The notes under the pieces: generated by a model
The model's database searches: none
Told to the model about the DNA's origin: nothing
Seen by the model: only the letters and a program-made list of their open reading frames with translations
Shown: positions 57,633 through 64,000 of the stretch, in pieces
Layout of the letters: each line of letters opens with the position of its first letter
Position numbering within the stretch: position 1 is the stretch's first letter
Translations under genes and position numbers: made by a program
DNA from: an uncultured Clostridia bacterium
Lineage (GTDB): Bacteria; Bacillota; Clostridia; Christensenellales; Borkfalkiaceae
Length of the DNA: 64,000 bases
Reading direction: 5' to 3'
Assembly (NCBI GenBank): GCA_934271275.1
Contig: CAKQRD010000002.1
Location: 99,925-163,924 of the forward strand

Positions 57633-59453
57633 TTATTTTATAATCAAAGTAACCCCGTCCGGACGTTTCGTAACGTCGTTCTCGTAATACTCTACAGATT
57701 TCGCGTAAATAATAACGTTTTGGTAAACAGAAGTGTTCCTCTCGTTATTATATCCGCCGAAGATTCTTTGAAGCGTTTTTCCTTCGGCGTTTATAGTGAC
57801 GTTTCTGAACGTGCAACGCCGCATATCCTGACTGATAAGTACGCCGCATTCTCTCTGCTCCGAACTCGGTTTGCATGCGGAATCGGCAGTTAAGGTTATC
57901 TCTATATTTTCAAACGTCGCGCCCGCCGCGCATCTTGCAAACAACGCTTCTTTATCTCCTCCGTACGCGTAATTCGGAAAATTGACGTTCTTGATAACGG
58001 CACCTTCGCCCATCTGCGCGGTTAAACCGTAAAACGCAGACTTGACGTTCTTAATCGAGTATCCCGCTCCGTCGAGCGTACCTCTGAATCCGTTAGACCA
58101 ATCGAAATCAGTCGCCCATACGCCCGTTTCCTTCCAACCTAAATCCAAATCACCAGTCAATGCAAAATAACCCAAAATGCGGTCGCCTTTCCACTGCACG
58201 ACGATTGCGGTTACGAAATCGTTAAAAGTTGACAGCTTTTTTGTTATAATAAGTGATTTCAAGGTATAAACCCGAACGCTCCGCGCGCCTTCTAATTCGA
58301 TTTTAAGCGTTTTCTCGCCGTAAATATCCGTGCCGAAAACCTCGGCTTTTATCCTTACAACCCCATCCTTATAATCAAATAAAGAAGCGTCTAATTTTTC
58401 CTCATTTGCGGACGCGCGTACTATTTTACCGATATCCGCAGCTTCGGGAAGCGCGATCTCAAAGGTTTTCGTTCCCGCGCTCTCGTATTTTCTCTTTTGT
58501 TGCGACTTGTCTGCGATGATTTTCGTATCAAGATCGAACTCGAAAGGCTTTTCACTTTCAATCGTCGAATAAAAATAATCTTTAATAACGTAAACGTTTA
58601 CCGATACTTCCGTTCCGTCATAAACGGTGGTAAGCGTGGTCACTCCCTCGTTTCCCATAACGAGAATACCGTTTTCGCCTATCGAAGCAATCGATTCGTC
58701 GGCAATCTTCCAAAGCAGCTCATCATCAGGAACTCGCCCGTTGTCGTCGTAAATTTCCACGTCGGAAGTGAAAACTTCGTTATCCGTTCTCACCTGCAAA
58801 TTACCGTCAACCGCACCCTTACCGTTTACAACATAAACGATTCCGACAGTTCTGACCTCTACGTTTATCGTTTCCGCATATAACACGCCGAATATCGTAG
58901 TGGAAACGGTAAAAGAGGCTTTCCCCGTTTCTAAACCGATGAATTTAACGGTATTTCCGGAAACGACTGCTTCGGCAATTTTCCCCGCGCCTTCCTCGAC
59001 TGCATCGCAGGAAAATTCAAGATACTCGACAAGAGAAACTCCCTTATAGAAAGCGTTTGCCGTAATCGTATATTCTCCGCCTTTCGCTACCACGACGTCG
59101 TTTTCTATAAGAAGCGCAGGAGTTGCATTTTTCTTCAACACCGTCACCGAACAAGTATCGGAGTATTTTCCGCTCGTTGCCGTGATCTCGCATTTACCTT
59201 CCGCATAACGCGAAGTGAGCAAGCCGTTTTCGTCTACCGACACGACGGACGGATCGGAGCTTTTCCAAGTAATTTCGCCGACGTTTTCGGTTTCGCAATT
59301 CAGTAGATAGGTATCGAAATTATCCATTATCAATACGGAATCTACGATATTAAGAACCCCGTTTTCCTCCGAACCGCCGCAAGCGGCAATACAAAAAACG
59401 GATAACATTACAATTAAACAAATCGGTATATATTTTTTTAGAAGATTTTTCAT
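57633..59453 (-). CDS. Lipoprotein with bacterial Ig-like (Big_2-type) domains.
   Basis: MKNLLKKYIPICLIVMLSVFCIAAC lipobox; repeated segments of about 80 aa. Confidence 0.5.
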   Translation of the reverse strand: MKNLLKKYIPICLIVMLSVFCIAACGGSEENGVLNIVDSVLIMDNFDTYLLNCETENVGEITWKSSDPSVVSVDENGLLTSRYAEGKCEITATSGKYSDTCSVTVLKKNATPALLIENDVVVAKGGEYTITANAFYKGVSLVEYLEFSCDAVEEGAGKIAEAVVSGNTVKFIGLETGKASFTVSTTIFGVLYAETINVEVRTVGIVYVVNGKGAVDGNLQVRTDNEVFTSDVEIYDDNGRVPDDELLWKIADESIASIGENGILVMGNEGVTTLTTVYDGTEVSVNVYVIKDYFYSTIESEKPFEFDLDTKIIADKSQQKRKYESAGTKTFEIALPEAADIGKIVRASANEEKLDASLFDYKDGVVRIKAEVFGTDIYGEKTLKIELEGARSVRVYTLKSLIITKKLSTFNDFVTAIVVQWKGDRILGYFALTGDLDLGWKETGVWATDFDWSNGFRGTLDGAGYSIKNVKSAFYGLTAQMGEGAVIKNVNFPNYAYGGDKEALFARCAAGATFENIEITLTADSACKPSSEQRECGVLISQDMRRCTFRNVTINAEGKTLQRIFGGYNNERNTSVYQNVIIYAKSVEYYENDVTKRPDGVTLIIK

Positions 59454-59455
59454 AA

Positions 59456-61450
59456 TTAATCTATACCCCACTGCTTATAGACGGAAGTTATATAGTCGTG
59501 TTCTTTATGCTGGACAAGTCCGAGTTCGTCTGCTTCGGCTTTAAAATCGAGTCGTAATTGTAAAAGCTGTGACGAAGTATAGGTACTTTCGTGCAACGTA
59601 CAAAGAGCGTATTTAGGGAACAACTCTTCTATCTTGATATGCTTTATAATATTTTTGTATAGAGTCGGATTTTCAAGTTCAAGATACGCTACGGCTTTGC
59701 GTGCTTTTTCCATAATCGCAAGCCAGTCTTCGAGCATTTCCCTAGGCCAGTAATGCGGCGTGGTGGAAAGACCTATCTCCTCGTAGATTCCGCCGCCCAA
59801 GCCGTAATCTCTCACCGATTCGAGATAAGTTTCCCATTGCCGCAATTCGTTATAATATTGTTCCATTATATCCGCCGCCGCGCCGTAATAGTTTTTGAAA
59901 AATTTATCTTTCAGTTCCTCATAAGAAACGGTTACGTCAAACTGCGCTTTTGAATCAAGGTATTCTTTAAGCTTTCCGAAGCAGGTTACGTTTTCGCTCC
60001 AACGCTGTCCCTGATTATACATAATGTTCGCGCCCTGCTGCTTAAAGAAATAATAATTATCTATCATTGCCGAATAAGTATTATACGGGAACATATAGTG
60101 ATGAAAGTTCGTTTCGTATAACCAAGACATTATATGGTCGGTATATTTGCTCCACGCGCGAACGGTATCGGCATACACGCGATTTTCCTCGTCGTAAAAC
60201 GAGTAAACGTATTTAGCATAAATCGGAGCGATGAAAACCGTAATATTCGGGCTGCATTTAAGAGTCGGATCTTCTTCTACGGGAGTTGTCGGCGGATTAT
60301 ACGATGTCTGGTACGCGAAAAACGCAATCTGAACCGTCCTGCGCTCCGTTCCCGTTTTTTCTGCATATTCGGTCAATGCCGCCTGAAATTTTTCGTCAAG
60401 GTCGTTAAGATAGCGAATTATCGTCGCCGAAATCGATCCGTCCTTTTCCACGACTTTCGTACATTCGTCGCAATCGCAACAAACGGGTTCATCTGCCTGC
60501 GTTACCGTAACCACGCCCTGATCCGGTTGAGCGAGAACGCATTCAAGCATTACGTTAAGCATCGTTTGCTGCATCTCTTCGTATTCGGCTTTATCACCGT
60601 GCGCCGTGTAACAAAGCTGTTTATTCGTAGAATTATACCATTTATAATGGTCGCCGTACTTTTCGAGCGGTAAATAGTAGAAAATATTATGAACCGCGGC
60701 TTTATTAGTCTTTCCGCCGTCCTGACTTATATAGGTGAAAAGACTTTGATAATTGAAGCCCATTCCATACAACCCGTCCTGAGTCATATAGTTCGTATAA
60801 TTTCTGTAATCGAAATCGGGGCGTTCGATTATTTCCATATCGGGCAGCGTTTCCCCGCCGTTTTCAAAAACAACGGTATCGTGCGCTATCATATCGTAAC
60901 CGACGCACTCTCTCAAAAACGCAAGCGCGCCCATCTGATACCCGTCGTTCATAAACACCTCTATAAACACGGAATCGCCGAACGATTTAATATAATAACC
61001 GGCAGGGCCAAGCTCGTCCTCTGGCATCGTGAGTTTGCACGACGAAAAAATATCTTTACAACCGATTATTATATATTTCGACGACGCGGAAACTTCAAAA
61101 GTCTGCGTACCGTCGTATGCTTCTATCGGAAATTGCGCGCCCGTAGCGTTAAAAAGCTGTCCCGCAATAAAGCTCGCCGCGCGTACAGCGTAATTATTTC
61201 TTGCGTCCGCCACGATTTTGTATTCGGTAATCGCGGCTTTGGTATTCGCGTTTTTGACGAACGTCCGCGAAGACGGAGTAACGTTTACTTTATGCAAAGC
61301 GTTATCGATCTCTCCGCGGTCAAGCCTGTCCGAAACGGTATTTTCGGGCGTTAAAGTGCCGTTTGAATCGCTCTTACACCCTGTAAACAGCATCGCGGTA
61401 AAAGCCATAACCGCGGCTATACCGACGGATAATATTTTATTCATTTTCAT
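59456..61450 (-). CDS. Large lipoprotein of unknown function; possible carbohydrate-active accessory protein.
   Basis: MKMNKILSVGIAAVMAFTAMLFTGC lipobox; 664 aa, Tyr/Trp-rich. Confidence 0.45.
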   Translation of the reverse strand: MKMNKILSVGIAAVMAFTAMLFTGCKSDSNGTLTPENTVSDRLDRGEIDNALHKVNVTPSSRTFVKNANTKAAITEYKIVADARNNYAVRAASFIAGQLFNATGAQFPIEAYDGTQTFEVSASSKYIIIGCKDIFSSCKLTMPEDELGPAGYYIKSFGDSVFIEVFMNDGYQMGALAFLRECVGYDMIAHDTVVFENGGETLPDMEIIERPDFDYRNYTNYMTQDGLYGMGFNYQSLFTYISQDGGKTNKAAVHNIFYYLPLEKYGDHYKWYNSTNKQLCYTAHGDKAEYEEMQQTMLNVMLECVLAQPDQGVVTVTQADEPVCCDCDECTKVVEKDGSISATIIRYLNDLDEKFQAALTEYAEKTGTERRTVQIAFFAYQTSYNPPTTPVEEDPTLKCSPNITVFIAPIYAKYVYSFYDEENRVYADTVRAWSKYTDHIMSWLYETNFHHYMFPYNTYSAMIDNYYFFKQQGANIMYNQGQRWSENVTCFGKLKEYLDSKAQFDVTVSYEELKDKFFKNYYGAAADIMEQYYNELRQWETYLESVRDYGLGGGIYEEIGLSTTPHYWPREMLEDWLAIMEKARKAVAYLELENPTLYKNIIKHIKIEELFPKYALCTLHESTYTSSQLLQLRLDFKAEADELGLVQHKEHDYITSVYKQWGID

Positions 61451-61465
61451 TTTTCGGTTACCTCT

Positions 61466-64000
61466 CTACTTCACAGTAACGTAATGCGTTTCGGAGAAAA
61501 TATTACCGGCTTCGTCCACTGCCATTATTCTCACACGATAAACGCCTTTATGATTCATTTTTATAGAATTTCCGGGCAACATTATAAATTGATGCACAGG
61601 AGTTTCTATGAATACGCGGACGATTATTTTATCTTCCGCCGAATGATTATCGGAAACCGTGTAGTTCGGAACGACAAAAAAATCGCCCGCATTCAGTTCC
61701 GTTGCAAACTCGCCTTTCCATACTATCACGGGCGGTTCTTTATCCGTCACGCTTAAAGAATAACGAAGGAAAGTCGGATTAGTTTTTGAAACGAAGCTCT
61801 CCGCCTCCTCTATCCGATAACTCACCAGATAGTCGCCGATAGAATCCAAAGCAATCTCATAATCTCTGTAAGGATCTGCGTTAGCAAGCAACACTCCGTC
61901 AACGGAGTGCATAGGACTTCCGTCGGGAGCCGTAACCGTCAAAGTATAAACGACGTTGGGAGAATATACGTCGTAAGCCGTAGGCGCGACGATTTTATAT
62001 CTCGTTCCCATATCGAAAACGCCGCCCGTTTCGCTCCTCGCAAATATTACGGGCGCTACTCTGTCCGTTCTCGAAGCGTTCAAAGTACAATTTCCGAATT
62101 CCGAGAACATGAAACCGCCGCCCGCGCCGCAATTTTCGTATCCTACCTCGACAAAAACTTTATCCGAAGCGAAAAGCTCTTCATTGAGTTTGGCAACGAG
62201 ATAACCGTTCACCATTACCGAAAGGTTTTCATAACCGACTTCATATTCTCCGTTTTCTCCGAATTCCTTACCGATAAGATTGTACCTTTTCCCGCTTATT
62301 TCCGCATAAGAATCGTTACCGTTTTTACCTATGATAATTTCAAAGCCCTTGTCGTGTTCAAATGCGTCGGAAAAACGAATCGTAAGGCGAGTATTCTCCG
62401 TCGCCCCCGTCATCGCATTTAATTTAAGATGAGCATAACCCGCGGAGATTACGTTTGCGAAAACCAACGAGAACGAATTTCCATCGGTAGCAGATAAAAC
62501 CACTCCCCGTTCTGTCTTTTCCACATCGAACCCGTCTCCTACAAAATAATTTTCCAGACTGAAACGCTTGCCGTTATCGTTCGACCACGCCAAAACGCCC
62601 ACAGCTTCGTGCCGAGTAAGGACAACGCCGCCGCATACCGCTTCAAAATTTATTTTATCTTTATTTTTATCGACCGTAATAACCGCGTTTTCGCCCGCTT
62701 TATACGTTTTGCTTCCGCTTGCGTCTTTAACGACTACGTCGCATAATACCCTGTTAAGCGTACCGTTTTCGTACGAATACGCGTAATATTCGGGTAAGGC
62801 GTACGTTCCGCCCGAAATATAAGTCGGGTAAAAGTCGTAATCTTTTTCAAACACGGGAGCGTCGTTCATCGTAATATCAAGCTCGTAAGATTTTGTAATT
62901 ACCTTGCCGATATAGTCTGTTACGTCGTATTCTACAATCACCGTTCCGAGAACGCTTGCGCGGAAACCGCCAAAAACTTCCTCCCTGCCTTCATTTGTCC
63001 TTATAAAAGTCCGTATCGTTTTTTTACCGCTTCCGCCTGTTATCGAAGACTCTTCAAGTACAGGTAAGCTTACCCATTCGCCGATTTTTACGCTTTTTAC
63101 CGTGTCATCGGGGAAATCGAAGTCCGCGTCGTCGTAGCTCGCGTAAACGGTAACAAGTCTCACTTCTTTTTTCGTATTTCCCGTTTTATCGCTGCTTTCG
63201 TATACGATTCCGTAAGTTCCTACCCTGTCGGTTTTAAATTTACCGTTTTCAGTCTGCACCTTAACCGCGCCCGACATTCCGTAATTGAACCAAACCGTTG
63301 TCTTTACTTCGCACTCGCCTGAAAAATCATCGTATGCGGAAGCAGACGGAATACCGTACTCATAACCTGTCAAGCCTATCGGCATGGTTTCGTATTCGTC
63401 GTCTATCGTTATAACCGGCGCGACCGAGTCCTTAAAAACGTTGTCGCTTAAATCGCTCGTTCCGAAGACCTCGGTTATACATACCGTAGCTGCGGCTCCC
63501 GTATATCCGTACGCGCTTACCGAAAGGCGCGCTTTGCCGGACGGAAAACCCGTCCAGACTTCACTCGTTAACGTTAAATCGTCAAGGTCGGCGCACATCG
63601 TCTTAACGCCGGGATAGCCTAAACAATATAGCTTTTTTTCCGCGTAATCCATAGCAACGTAGAATTGCGTTGCGTCGGGAGCGGCTACACCGTCCTTACC
63701 TGCGGACTTGAACGAAACGTAACTCCACGTTCCGTAACCGTCGCCGGTGTGTAAGCCTTCGCTTTGATGCACACCGAACGGAGCCTGATTTTGTCCGTTT
63801 GCGGCAACGTAAGTGGAATACGTCCAGTCGTAACCGTAATGATGTACCTGAAAATATACGGAAGAATCTACCGAATCCGTAAAAGTAAACACAAGCTCGC
63901 TGAAATCTGCGGAGTTAGCGGCGTCCGGAACGACGTAGCCCTTGACAAGGTAATCGTCAGCCGTTACTTTTGTAAAATCAATATAATCCGTAAAAGTAAG
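61466..64000 (-). CDS. Large secreted beta-rich surface protein; 5'-partial because the ORF continues past the window edge.
   Basis: The ORF-track start at 63892 is a GTG. Manual reading shows the frame stays open to position 64000 (...LTFTDYIDFTKVTADDYLVKGYVVPDAANSADFSEL-VFTFTDSV...). Confidence 0.5.
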   Translation of the reverse strand, partial: LTFTDYIDFTKVTADDYLVKGYVVPDAANSADFSELVFTFTDSVDSSVYFQVHHYGYDWTYSTYVAANGQNQAPFGVHQSEGLHTGDGYGTWSYVSFKSAGKDGVAAPDATQFYVAMDYAEKKLYCLGYPGVKTMCADLDDLTLTSEVWTGFPSGKARLSVSAYGYTGAAATVCITEVFGTSDLSDNVFKDSVAPVITIDDEYETMPIGLTGYEYGIPSASAYDDFSGECEVKTTVWFNYGMSGAVKVQTENGKFKTDRVGTYGIVYESSDKTGNTKKEVRLVTVYASYDDADFDFPDDTVKSVKIGEWVSLPVLEESSITGGSGKKTIRTFIRTNEGREEVFGGFRASVLGTVIVEYDVTDYIGKVITKSYELDITMNDAPVFEKDYDFYPTYISGGTYALPEYYAYSYENGTLNRVLCDVVVKDASGSKTYKAGENAVITVDKNKDKINFEAVCGGVVLTRHEAVGVLAWSNDNGKRFSLENYFVGDGFDVEKTERGVVLSATDGNSFSLVFANVISAGYAHLKLNAMTGATENTRLTIRFSDAFEHDKGFEIIIGKNGNDSYAEISGKRYNLIGKEFGENGEYEVGYENLSVMVNGYLVAKLNEELFASDKVFVEVGYENCGAGGGFMFSEFGNCTLNASRTDRVAPVIFARSETGGVFDMGTRYKIVAPTAYDVYSPNVVYTLTVTAPDGSPMHSVDGVLLANADPYRDYEIALDSIGDYLVSYRIEEAESFVSKTNPTFLRYSLSVTDKEPPVIVWKGEFATELNAGDFFVVPNYTVSDNHSAEDKIIVRVFIETPVHQFIMLPGNSIKMNHKGVYRVRIMAVDEAGNIFSETHYVTVK

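Overview
The window reads as a Firmicutes/Clostridia-like chromosomal segment of about 50% GC, with almost every gene on the minus strand.

Positions 1-36.5 kb are housekeeping genes:
- a tandem P-II domain protein with its DUF1538 membrane partner;
- a HAD hydrolase, rlmD, trpS, thrC, a LeuA-family synthase, an aspartate aminotransferase, prfA and a DUF1385-PrmC fusion;
- ribosomal proteins L31, L21 and L27;
- a NifU-like plus GGGtGRT pair, ogg, a MntP/YtaF-like protein, an XRE regulator, an SDR, VanW and a MATE transporter;
- a small-alarmone hydrolase plus synthetase pair;
- tRNA-Ser(GCT), tRNA-Val(CAC), tRNA-Ala(GGC), tRNA-Arg(CCT) and tRNA-Gln(CTG).

Directly after tRNA-Gln (36553) the composition drops to about 30% GC for roughly 12 kb. 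This apparent island carries:
- a two-gene cassette of an 846-aa Rad50/RloC-like ABC ATPase (coiled-coil insert, CxxC hook-like motif, extra C-terminal domain) followed by a DUF2971 protein, read here as a candidate, un-named anti-phage defense system;
- two full-length large serine recombinases interleaved with an N-terminal-only and a C-terminal-only recombinase fragment;
- a solitary MazF/EndoA toxin, a membrane-anchored surface protein and a sigma-70 region-4-like regulator.

A second solitary MazF paralog sits just downstream of the tRNA-Val/Ala/Arg cluster.

From 49 kb the window returns to about 50% GC and holds a sugar-utilisation locus (uxuB-uxuA, nagA-nagB, a sugar-phosphate isomerase, a GH36 alpha-galactosidase, an ADP-ribosylglycohydrolase) and three large lipoprotein/surface proteins, the last running off the right edge.

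Other oddities noted:
- a tRNA-Ala with a non-canonical 18-nt anticodon arm;
- a partial tRNA-Arg duplication fused to a cloverleaf-like hairpin cluster;
- an 11-bp-periodic repeat in the rpmE divergent promoter;
- diverged ~120-bp tandem repeats downstream of trpS;
- an rplU-rpmA pair with no prp gene between them, although L27 carries the cleavable N-extension.
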